DNA of 63,296 nt, filler included, from Choristocarpus tenellus KU-1152 (taxonomy: Eukaryota > Protista > Phaeophyceae): the NCBI GenBank assembly GCA_964200185.2. It is 12 parts of 12 records of this genome, joined end to end, with 100 filler letters (N's around TTAATTAATTAA, not from the genome) between each part and the next. Parts side by side here need not be neighbours in the genome. Positions count along the whole stretch, not along the records: positions 32,297 to 37,405 come from CAXNAD020011839.1; positions 37,506 to 40,199 come from CAXNAD020025590.1; positions 40,300 to 44,529 come from CAXNAD020015576.1; positions 44,630 to 49,600 come from CAXNAD020012325.1; 8 more parts are not named here. One strand, 5' to 3'. Of this stretch, positions 35,201-45,837 are shown piece after piece; positions within the stretch are counted from its first letter, which is position 1, and every line of letters begins with the position of its first letter. The translations under genes and the position numbers were made by a program. The notes below the pieces were generated by a model, which had not been told where the DNA came from, searched no databases, and was given only the letters and a program-made list of their open reading frames with translations.

Positions 35201-37405
35201 TGCCACAGCTCCTAGATATGCTTCCTTACCTGGATGACAGAAGAGGAGGGGGAGGAGGAGGAGGAGGAGGAGGGGGAGAGAGAGAAGGAATAACTTCTAT
35301 TGGAGGTGAGGAAAGGAACAGAACTGAGGAAGCAGGGAAAAAGGTGGCATTATCAGAGGGTCAAGAGGGCTGGGGAGGAGGAGACGGGGGTGTGCAAGGA
35401 GTTGCAATTGAGTTGATCGGTTTTCTGGGCTCTCACTCCATCAGCGTGGCGCAGCTGAAGCTCATCTTCCGACTGATGCAGCCAAACTTGGGAGGGAACG
35501 AAAATGCGATTAGGGGCAGGGGCAAGAAAGGCGGGGGCAGGGGGGGTGGGGGAGGAGGGCTCAGCCCACCTGACATGCCTCTCCGACCACGTTGGTTCTG
35601 CCGACTGCTTCAAGCTCTGCAAGGCATGATGTCGGACACCCCAGGTCCGCAGCGATTTTTCCTTCTTGATGGTGTGACCTCAGGACTACTCCTGCCCCGG
35701 ATGCCGCGCTGGCCTGCCCCCCGTGGCTATTCCTTCTTGGCCTGGGTAAGGGTGGAAGCTCCAAGTAGGTCGGTAGTGACGGGGTTAGGGCCGGGTGAGA
35801 CAAGATTGGGATCGGAAAGTGTTGTCAGTGGTGGTAGTCGTGGGCGGCTTGGTGGGGGTGGACACTGCCCGTGCATCTTCGATTTCCAGGGTGAGAAAGG
35901 GCATGGGGTAGCTGCCTGCTTGGTACGCATTCCTGAGTCTTCCTCAAGGGCAAGGGAAAGGAAAGAGGCTGCTGGAGTTCCATCTGTCGGGAAGGCGGAT
36001 CCATCACGAAGTCATCGGTATGCCCTGGAGCTACGGGTTGGTGGGGGTCATAGAAACCCTGTCAAGGCTGTACGGTTCCCTGAGTTGGTGGTAAGGGAAG
36101 GGTGCTGGACGTTTCTTGGCGTGACCCAATCTGCTGCTGGCTGGGGACACCACTCGGTCGCAGCTGCGCTGGTGGATGACCGGTGGTGCCGTGTCAATAC
36201 CCCTTTCCCTCCGCTGCGCGATGGGGGTCTGACAGGATCTATTGCTTGCCGAGTTCCGTTGAATTCCTCCGGGACAGGTGAGGAAGAGAGGAGCAGCAAT
36301 TACTTGGCTGGAGTGGAGGGAGGCAAGGGTGGAGGGGGTGGAGGAGTAAAGGGCTCGGAGGAATCAGCAGGATCAGGTTCTGCATTGTGCAGTCTCCGGG
36401 GGCAGGTGTGTGACAGGTGGAGGCATACCTCGTATTGGGTACATGTTAGGATTAGGGGAGGAGTTGCTCTGAAGGAAAAAAGAGACTGAGCCTTGTGTTT
36501 GTGAAGGTCTCTCCGGACTGGAAGCAGGTGCACACAGTTTTGTTTTTTGAAGAAGGGGATAAAAAGGGTGTAGCAGCCCAGGTTGCGGTGTTGCTTGGTT
36601 GGCTTACTCATTTCTTGTAACCTCTTGGGTCTTGTTTCTACTTTTCTCTCTCTGTACTCCCTTCCCCCCCCCCAAACCCTTCCCCATTCTCGATTGTATT
36701 TGTATTAGTGACTTTTCTCAGTGTGTAATAGTCTTTTGACTAAATCCCCCAGTCTCATCATTCTGTTTGTACAGATTATGTTGCACCCTCGCCCTCTACG
36801 CTCGTATGGTCTTGACTCCCCCGATCCTTCGCTGCCCCCAATGCGTACTGTACGCACTGACTCTTTTTGTTGGACTCCATCTCATCAATTTTGGCTCATA
36901 TGGTAGATGGGAGCTGTCTACCTCTTCGAAGGAGCCCTCACCGAAGAACAGTTGCGTGGGGTGCGCCAGCTGGGACCTGATTATGCCTTCAGCTTCCAGA
37001 CGCCCACTGTGGACTCCAGGGATCTTCCACTGGTCCAGGGGCGTGATCCTCGACTACATGCACTGTCTGAGGCGGCAGCTGCGCCGCGGCAGGCACCGAG
37101 GGCGACCCCCCCCCAGCTGTCGGGACCACAACAGCAGGCATTGAATAGCACTGGGCAGGGGGAAGGGGAACCTGTGGGAGCCTTGACCTTCACCAGCGAT
37201 GGTGGTGGGGATGGTGTAGGTACAACGGTTGCAGCTGTGTCTGCATCAGGGGGAAAGAGGCCTGATTGGCATAAGGCGGCGCTGAGCGGGGTGCTCACGT
37301 CACGTATCCTACTTGCATACAATCCTTGTGTATGGGAGGGTGAGCTGTTCCTGGACAACACACCTAGCCAGAACCCAGTGCGTTGGACGAACCAGCAGTC
37401 TGGGG
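32297..37405 (+). CDS. Neurobeachin/NBEAL/LRBA-like BEACH-family protein, N-terminal ARM plus ConA-like region (partial)
   Basis: Exons <32297-34207, 35209-36405 and 36907->37405. Motifs IELIGFLGSHSISVAQLKLIF, GPQRFFLLDGVTSGLLLPRMPRWPAPRGYSFLAWVRVE, SLRGQ|MGAVYLFEGALTEEQL...LGPDY and LTSRILLAYNP. The BEACH domain itself is not in this contig. Confidence 0.88.
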
Positions 37406-39203
37406 NNNNNNNNNNNNNNNNNNNNNNNNNNNNNNNNNNNNNNNNNNNNTTAATTAATTAANNNNNNNNNNNNNNNNNNNNNNNNNNNNNNNNNNNNNNN
37501 NNNNNCGGGGGGGGGGGGGGGGGGGGGGGGGGACATAGAGATAAGATCCCGGTGCAGCTGGAGTGTTTCAGTGAGGGGGAAGAAGGGCACATGATTGACT
37601 AGGAGGAGACCTCTTTTTTGGAGCACAGAGTGCACATTCCAACCTTGGAGATGGCTTCTCAGGAAGGAGGTGGGAGACAGATGCCCAAGTACTGAAATTC
37701 TCCCTTGGTGCCACTGATTGAGACTGACGATGAACTTAAGGTTGTCATAGAGAGGCCAAAGAAAGCTTGGCAGCTACTGCTGATCATGCTTCATGGCCGT
37801 GTCCCTCATGTGTTCATTGAGCCGGGTTCATCGAGCACCAGTTGGCGTGTGCTTGATGCGACCTTAATCCCCAAGACCTGGTAGGACGCAAGATGCGTAA
37901 GGGCAGAACTGGATCACCTTGTCTTCGACTACAGGAGATACATTTCACCAGCACTCACTGAGCTGCCTTGATTGACACAAGCCTGGAATCTATGGATAAA
38001 ATCATAATGTATTTATTCATTCACACCAAGTCTTATATTGTCTGCACCATCATATCTTACTTGCCGCTCCAAGGGATTGTTCAACATCTAACATCACTCC
38101 TCCTTAGACATGATGAGAAGGCGGCCAACACCAAATGAATCAGCCCTCAATGTTATATGTGTGGTTGCAAGAACTGCATGCATGTATCCTATACACCCTG
38201 TTTGTAGGTTCTGTCTTGTGCTCGCTCTACCCAGCTCTATCATACACTATTTGTATAGTACCTGATCTTTACGTCTACTGTCTTGCTGCTTTTGTGTTTT
38301 TACGATATTTATATTTCTGTCTGTTCTAGTGGACACAATACTATCATTTGTGGAAATCATACTAAGTAGTACGATATGGTGACTGGTAACCTATTGTCCT
38401 ATCTCAACGGCTATGGACAAGATGTTCTCGAGACCTGTCCCATAACAAACAGGAAGGTCCTTACTTAGAGCTGCATGCTGCACTAACAGATGAGTTCACA
38501 ACAAGAACTTATTTTGTTTGTATGGAGCAATCAGCGACTGATTTAGTTGATTGGTACTCCTTAGTTCTGGATGATGTGGTGGGAATCGGGCATTGGTGGC
38601 AGGTATCATGGCCAAAAAAGGAAGATACAAAATGCTTGGAGCCGTGATCAGAAAAGGCAATATAAGAATCGAGCAAAATAGAACGTACGTATCTAACAAA
38701 AACCAAACCATTACAACAATACAGAAAATGTAAAAAACACAAAGGAGTAACAATAATAGATGCGTAAGTAAGTGCACAATTAATACAGAGTGAAAGGAAG
38801 ACATACGAGAAAGCTCAGGGTAGAAAAAAAGAGGAAGGCCCACCACCCAAGAAAAGAAAACTAAATAGATATCAGCCCTGCCATCAACAACCATAATGAA
38901 GTTTTCTATAGAGCGGTGCGCATCCACCTACAACAAAAGTAAATACCACCGGAAAAGTCGGAGAAAGTCCTTTACACCCCCCACCCACCAGCAACACATT
39001 GATACTATGAATAATTGTACCGCATCCATTCATCATGTTCCTTTCTTCTGGTCGGTTGAGTTTAGCCATCTCACCGCTGGTCTCTCTACCTCCTCCCTCG
39101 AGTTTTGTGCTGGACCCGCCTCAATGTGCGTTTCCCACCAATAGTAAGGCACTGAAAGTTGGTCGACTTGACACATCGTACAGTGGTTGAAAAAACACGA
39201 GAG

Positions 39204-39275
39204 AGGTCCTACCGAGACTCGAACTCGGGGCGTGAGATTCAGAGTCTCAAGTGTTACCGACTACACCATAAGACC
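39204..39275 (-). tRNA. tRNA-Gln (anticodon CTG)
   Basis: Reverse complement GGTCTTATGGTGTAGTCGGTAACACTTGAGACTCTGAATCTCACGCCCCGAGTTCGAGTCTCGGTAGGACCT folds as a cloverleaf; a T6 Pol III terminator lies ~9 nt downstream (39190-39195). Confidence 0.95.
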
Positions 39276-40125
39276 TAGTACTCATGATGGACAATATTAA
39301 TGTGAAGATTATTATAAACTATATAGCTATTCCGATACAGAAGTGAAACACTAACGAACAGCATTCCATAGGATTGGGTGTATCACTCGAACAGGATTGC
39401 CTCGACAATGTCAACTGGGTGCATGTATTTTCTAGATGGCTGGAATTTTGTGAATAAAGTGTAAGGGAGGAATGGTTGCGACATGATGAGGTGTGGACCC
39501 TAGAACACAAGATGGTGTTGTTGCAAGGGGTATCAAGGAGGTCGTGACACAGACAGACGGCAATTTGCTTCAAATACGAGAAGCTCGTTTTCGCATCAAT
39601 TTTTCACGATTTTTTTATTGTTTCTGCACTCTCTCATAGTTCGCCAATGATACAGGCATGGTGTGGCACAATATTTCGATCCCTTCCCCACGTCTTTTTG
39701 GGAGTCGATTGTGAAACATTGTTGTCGTTGCAAAAAATTGGAGTGCACATAAATCTGGGATTTTTGCATTTTGTTGGCCAAAAAACGGCTGGATATCTAT
39801 ACACCTTAGACAACTTCACATTCAATACCATGAAATGCCGTAACATAGAATATGAACAAATATGCAACTCAAAGAACAACAGCATGATATGCCCGCAACA
39901 CTTCAGATCAAAACATATACAACAGTGTTATGCTCGTATCACTCCGGTTCAAATCATACATATGTACACACTTCCCCCGTTTGGAATTAAATTGAAACAT
40001 AACTTTTGCAACCTCCATTCTCACCTGTGAATAACCCACGTGATACACCCTCTGGACGAGGCATAGTTCTCATATAGATTAGGAGGCATGCAAAGTTTGA
40101 GATGGTGGACTATGATGACTGTGGA

Positions 40126-40199
40126 GAGTGAAAGTATCTTAGAGGGTACGAGTTTTGCCCTGTTTGTCCATTTGGAGCTTGACTTCCCATGGGTTTTTT
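40126..40199 (+). mobile_element. MITE subfamily A end, truncated by gap
   Basis: GAGTGAAAGTATCTTAGAGGGTACGAGTTTTGCCCTGTTTGTCCATTTGG. Confidence 0.88.
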
Positions 40200-40299
40200 N
40201 NNNNNNNNNNNNNNNNNNNNNNNNNNNNNNNNNNNNNNNNNNNTTAATTAATTAANNNNNNNNNNNNNNNNNNNNNNNNNNNNNNNNNNNNNNNNNNNN

Positions 40300-41559
40300 G
40301 GGGGTGGAGGGCAGACTGGACTCTGAGGTAGTGTCAATGGACAGCGATGGGATCTGTTCCTTCCTCGCTTGTGGGGATGGCTCTCTTCGGGTTGTGGCAT
40401 CTACTCCATCTGGAGGCTTTGAGCAGGTCTGTCCATGAGAATGGGTTGGTTGGGGAAGGGGGAGTCTGTACTACGTGTGGGTGATGAACTCCTGTTCCTT
40501 TTTTTGGTGTACTTGTGTGCTTCAAGAGGGTTCGTTTGACATGCCAGGGTGTACTCTGTGCAAACTCCCCCTCCCCCCCCTTCGTCGCAGCAATGTGCAG
40601 CGAGGTGATCTTGTCTGGTTGCCTGCCTACCAGACCAATTAGTTAGGGTTGGGGTGTGAAACAATCCAGAGTGTTGGGTCGTTTGCATGGTTATGTTTTC
40701 GTGTACTACACTCTCTTGACTTATAAGGATGTCAAGATTTTTTTTTTTTTTGTCAAGTTCACCTGAACGCGGGGGGTGTTCCCTCTTTTTTTTTTACGCC
40801 ATTTACTTCCACTTTTTGTCATTTTTACATTTTTTTTTTTTTCTGAACACACAGTTTGCCACCTTTCGCTGCTTTGCTTTTCAGTTACAACTATGTACTG
40901 CTATCGTTCCCGACTTACCGATTTTTCTGGAGAAGTAGTTCAACCCTTGGGAAGGTTTCAAGACTTACTATCCAAGTGTTGCAGGGGTGGAAGTTTTACA
41001 TCCCTGAGTAATTCAGCTCTACAAATTTCTGTGTTTTTTTTTCAGATCCCTGTTTTTCTATTCTACAGTATGTCTACACCATACCCCACATACAGACCTG
41101 TAGCCACAATCCTCGTGTTTTGCTGACGCCCTATGCACCTCTCCCTTCTGTACTCCTCAACCACGCTCCTGTTGTTTCCCAAAGGTCTTGCGACGTGAGT
41201 CTGGTCACGAGGATGCCATTTCATTCCTTTCTGTTGGGGCTCTACCTTTTACGACAGGAACCAGCCACAACCCCCAGGCGCAGCAACAGGAGCAGTTGCA
41301 ACATCAGCGGGGGATATCACAGTCATCACCTACAGCACCCCCTACAACATCCCTTGTTGTAATTACAGGCTCTGAGGGGGGAAGAGTCCGTGTGTGGGAC
41401 ATACTCTCCAGAAGGTTGGGAGGGGCCTTAGAGGATTCCCCACATCTCTTGGAAGAGAATGGCCGGGTGGTGAAGACAAGAGTACAGGAAGTGGGAATGA
41501 TGGGGGGTGCAGAGGGGGCATCGAACCCATTTGGATCCCAAGGAGGTACTGTATTCTGA
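40300..41559 (+). CDS. C-terminal exons of a WD40-repeat protein (partial)
   Basis: Exon <40300-40426 reads LDSEVVSMDSDGICSFLACGDGSLRVV...; terminal exon 41258-41559 reads ...LVVITGSEGGRVRVWDILSRR...*. The phases imply an unlocated middle exon. Confidence 0.65.
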
Positions 41560-42884
41560 GGATAGTGTATTATTCTTCATCTGTTTTTGATTCCCCTGGG
41601 CGATGTTTTTGTTTTTACGCCTCCTTAATGATGCTTACATGTAACACCTGCAGGGTTACAATACTGTGTATTGTCGTACGGATGGTGTAAGAAGGCGTTG
41701 TGTATGAAGTTCCCTTATCTTGGCTCTCTACTTTTTTTTCAGGTGTTTGTTTGTTGTTGCTGAATGGATGGTATTATTGCTATTACTATCATACCAGCGG
41801 TGATGTTCTTGATGTCATGCCTGTCGTGGTACATACCTTACTAACCAACCTCTTTTCATCCTACGGAACATACTCAAATACAACTGCAGTGATGATACAC
41901 TCCATATCGTTGTGCCAGTGATTGATGTCCATTTGATACCGATCGCTGGCTTGTTTTTGTGCTCTTATCATTTGTTGGTTCTGGTTATGTGTTGTGTCCT
42001 GGTTATGAGAAGAAGATAGAATGCAAAGGATGGTGAGCTTGCTTGAAGGACGTCAGGGAGTAATTGATTTCCCCTCATTACTGCAAGGTTTTTCTCAGTC
42101 ATAACTCAGTATTTTGGAGCATGTTGGGACATACTGTGTAATTTAAGCTACCTCATCATGGTTTATGTTTTACATGGGAACACATACATTCCTCTAACTA
42201 AGGCATGGTCCAAGTTAAACATTGTATCTTACGTGGTGACAGAAGTTTGAGCTCCTTGACAAACCTTTGGAAATACGGACTGGCCTCTTTTACCTACATT
42301 ATCCAATGCTATGATATGACTTGAAGGCTGGGCCCTCACAACATTATATTTGGTCCAACTAACCATGCAAATCTCTGATGGCTGTGACTCAAGGTAGGTG
42401 TGTACACTTCAACTCCATTCCCTCTGTTACATCAGTGATTGGCCCTCTCCTGCTATTTTCTTCTGCATTGGGCTCTTGATACCACACCACAAAGGATCAA
42501 AGGATATCTTGTTGTGGAGACGTGCATCACTTGGGAGTTCCACATATACTAAAATATGATTTGCTGCATTATGGACATTTTACAGCTGGTGGAGAGTGAC
42601 CCTGTGCAGTATTTGTTCATTTCTTACACCTGTCTGTGGTCTTCATGACTACTATTACAGTAGTGTATCGTTGTGTCAATCCTGTTACAAGAACATTCTT
42701 ACATTCCAACAAGTTGATTGTCTACTGACAAGCTCGAAAACCAACGCAAGGGCAGCACTGAAGGTAAAAAATACGAAATTTCCCCACTTGGACACTGTCC
42801 TTGAAGAGGTCGATACCCCTGATCATAATATTCCTTGATGAGTATTGTAACTGTATAGTGTTTTGTCTTGGTCCCCTTCTAAAG

Positions 42885-43101
42885 GAGTCAAAGTATCATA
42901 GAGGGTAGAGCCTTGTCCGTTTGGGGGCAAAACATTAATTTTCCGATTTTGATGTAATTCTGGCTATGGTGTTTGTTAGGAAGTGTCAATATCTTGTTCC
43001 GCACACACCTTTTCATAATGTATACGTCTTACCTACTCCAAGCCCCAAACGGACAAAACGGGACAAAACTCGTACCCTCTCTTAATAAGATACTTTCACT
43101 C
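42885..43101 (-). mobile_element. MITE subfamily A copy, internally deleted, 4-bp TSD AAAG
   Basis: GAGTCAAAGTATCATAGAGGGTAG ... TAAGATACTTTCACTC; AAAG at 42881-42884 and 43102-43105. Confidence 0.88.
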
Positions 43102-43155
43102 AAAGTACAAATCAATCTATTCATATTCTGTTCTTTTTATCTTGGCTACAAATGA

Positions 43156-43274
43156 GTGTCAATAACATTGACACCCTCTTTGTGTCAATAACATTGACAC
43201 CCTCTTTGTGTCAATAACATTCATACCCTCTTTGTGACAATAACATTCACACCCTCTTTGTGACAATAACATTC
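43156..43274. repeat. 26-bp tandem repeat x4.6 with internal hairpin
   Basis: GTGTCAAT-AAC-ATTGACAC-CCTCTTT; the first two copies have a perfect 8-bp stem. Confidence 0.92.
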
Positions 43275-43360
43275 AGAACTGACATCCTGCTTCCAGCTAC
43301 AAAATGGACACATTTTCAGCACATACCAAGAGAAAATCCTTGGGGAGGAAAACAAAAAAA

Positions 43361-43450
43361 TTCAAACAACAATTCCCATTCAAACAACAATTCCCACTCA
43401 AACAACAATTCCCATTCAAACAACAATTCCCATTCAAACAACAATTCCCA
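43361..43450. repeat. 18-bp minisatellite (TTCAAACAACAATTCCCA) x5
   Basis: Directly visible tandem array. Confidence 0.95.
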
Positions 43451-43554
43451 CAATGCACTATGCACTTTCTCGAAGAATAGCTTTCTGGAGACACAGCTCT
43501 CTTCCCTTGTCTACGTCCTACAACGAGCCATGCTGAGCCCAGGGATTTTGTGTG

Positions 43555-44292
43555 TCACCATATATCAAGTTCGGAGTGTGGGTTGGAGGCGTACTTGGCT
43601 TTGTGGCGATCAAAGAGATCACGTAACTCCTGCAAAGGACAAGTAAACAGGGGGGGAAGATGATTAGAAGTAGCATGCCCGCTGCAATTCACTCTACTTC
43701 ATTGCTTATGTCCATAACAGTGTACGCAACATTGATATTCCCTCTTTCCACCAAAAAGTAACACTATAATGAAGCAAAGACTCTTTCTACCATTGTGTAC
43801 TAAATGACACCCTTTTGCCTTTTCTTGGGGTCCTTAAAATCCAGCCCTGCCTACCTCTTGATTGATTTGGCTCATAAATCGATACTAGAAGTAGATAGTG
43901 GGAGGCAGGAGGGTGGAGGTGATTTGCATTAGGCCTGTGCCCAGGCAAAGCCACCCTAACTGGAACAGGTGTTTAATCTTCGTTGAAGTTCAAGTGGGAG
44001 CACAAATAACCTGTTGTGATAGTATTTGGTTACATCGGTGACCAGACCAGGCAAAAAAAATTTGTTGATGGGAATGACCCTCAGATGAGGGAGGGCTGAA
44101 AGGGGGTTGAAATAATCAAAACAATAGCAAAAGTTGGCTCTTTTCCAGATGGGTATTATGTATTCCACCTTGATGTAAACAGCGTGCCACTTTTCGAGAT
44201 CCTCCCCAGTGGGCTCATCTATCTTGGGCAGGACGATGGGTTTTCCAAATACAGTAGTCAGGCGTGTACGTCGAGGAAGTAGGGGGCACCAG
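43555..44292 (-). CDS. DGAT2: Diacylglycerol acyltransferase type 2 / MOGAT family, last two exons
   Basis: Exon 44292-44169 WCPLLPRRTRLTTVFGKPIVLPKIDEPTGEDLEKWHAVYIK plus exon 43629-43555 ELRDLFDRHKAKYASNPHSELDIW* match the DAGAT C-terminal signature (P.R..L..V.G.PI..P....P....V...H..Y...L..LF..HK). Confidence 0.9.
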
Positions 44293-44629
44293 CTGCTCAT
44301 GTACAATCAAGGTGGAGAGTAGGAGAGTAGGAGAGTGGGGGGTGAACATTATAGGTCATGGAGTGCTCGTGTCTTTGTTAGGATTGTGACTATTGACCTA
44401 ATGAGGTCCCTCTTATCAAGGTAAGAGAGATAGATGCAAGTATGGTTAGCCCCCCCCCCCCCTCTTTAGTGGCGCGCTCACCGCTCACGGAACTGCCCTC
44501 TTAGCCAATACCTCCAAATCTTCTCCGCANNNNNNNNNNNNNNNNNNNNNNNNNNNNNNNNNNNNNNNNNNNNTTAATTAATTAANNNNNNNNNNNNNNN
44601 NNNNNNNNNNNNNNNNNNNNNNNNNNNNN

Positions 44630-44690
44630 GAAGCCAAGCCCCAAATGGACAAACAGGGCAAAACTCGTACCCTCTAAGATACTTTCACTC
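44630..44690 (-). mobile_element. MITE subfamily A end at contig start
   Basis: CCCCAAATGGACAAACAGGGCAAAACTCGTACCCTCTAAGATACTTTCACTC. Confidence 0.88.
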
Positions 44691-44935
44691 TTACCGTACG
44701 ACAAAGTATGGCAAACGTTGCGGTTGTCCATATACCAACGTATTTGAAGCCACATGCATGTCATTTTTGCCATACTTTGTCCTACGACAAAAGTGTGGCG
44801 AAAGTTGCGGCGGTCCATATACCAACTCTTTTCAAGTCACACGCCTCATGTCATTTTTGCCATACTTTACCGTACGACAAAGTATGGCAAAAGTTGCGGT
44901 TGTCCACATACCAACCTCTTTGAAGCCACACGCCT
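44691..44935. repeat. ~88-bp tandem repeat x2.8 with a 14-bp hairpin at unit junctions
   Basis: TTTTGCCATACTTT-ACCGTACGAC-AAAGTATGGCAAAA near 44854-44892; an imperfect copy near 44764-44803. Confidence 0.88.
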
Positions 44936-45193
44936 CCAATCCATCGTCCTTGACATTCCACAAAATTCAATCACAATTTCATATCCTCTGTTAAGAATGA
45001 CGCACATACGATGGTATGTACTGACCGATACCACATGAAACGCTCAGTATCCCTTCCGCCACAAAACCCATCCCAAACAATAGCTTACCGTTTGACAGAA
45101 CACGTCAATTGCAGTACATGCATACGCCAATATTATCTGGGGTGACACCCACCACGCATTTGTCAATTGTTTCCCAAAAAAATCAGATCAAAA

Positions 45194-45456
45194 GAGTCAA
45201 ATTATCTTAGAGGGTAGGGCCGCGTCCATTTGGGGGGCAAAATCCAATGTTCCAATTTCCATGTAATTTTATCCGTCGTATTTGTTAGGAAGTGTTGGTA
45301 TCCTTGTTCCGGACAAACCATTTCATAACATATACATATTACCTACTCCGAAACATTTTGGAGTAGGCAAATTATCTTGAAAACCCCATGGATGGGAAGC
45401 CAAGCCCCAAATGGACAAACAGGGCAAAACTCATACCCTCTAAGATACTTTCACTC
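45194..45456 (-). mobile_element. MITE subfamily A copy, 4-bp TSD AAAA
   Basis: GAGTCAAATTATCTTAGAGGGTAG ... TACCCTCTAAGATACTTTCACTC; AAAA on both sides. Confidence 0.88.
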
Positions 45457-45837
45457 AAAACACACACTCTACCGTTCGATAAACTACCTCAATTCACTTC
45501 TTCCTACATGCTTCATGGTATGTATTCATAACCTTTTTGATGTGGCTCGCGAGTGTGACCGCATACACGATGCACACCCTTTCACCATATTCTAATCGAG
45601 GCGGTGTTTCGGTTCTCGATGTATCAAACACACCCTTTTCCATGCTTTCAAACGTGGGGTGTCATCCAACACGACCGTACTTTGTGGAACACTTCGTGTG
45701 GCCAAACATTGTGCAAGCCCTTTCGCCCGAACAAATTGGCAGTATTATCTATGTTCGCATCATGAAGATCGATCACTAATGTCAAAGGGAAACAAACCCA
45801 CCAACTCATATCGTAACCTCGTTTGAATCCCACTCAG

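Noticed and set aside
32297-41559. BEACH N-terminal exons and WD40 C-terminal exons forming one gene
   Set aside because: The architecture is plausible, but two spacers and an unrelated tRNA contig intervene, and no PH-BEACH exons are seen.
43156-43450. CRISPR-like array of palindromic repeats
   Set aside because: The units are directly tandem with no unique spacers, there are no cas genes, and the context is eukaryotic.
44691-44935. CRISPR-like or Fanzor/omegaRNA-type array next to a transposase
   Set aside because: The inter-hairpin sequences are themselves repeated, and no RuvC/TnpB motifs were recognised in the adjacent frames.
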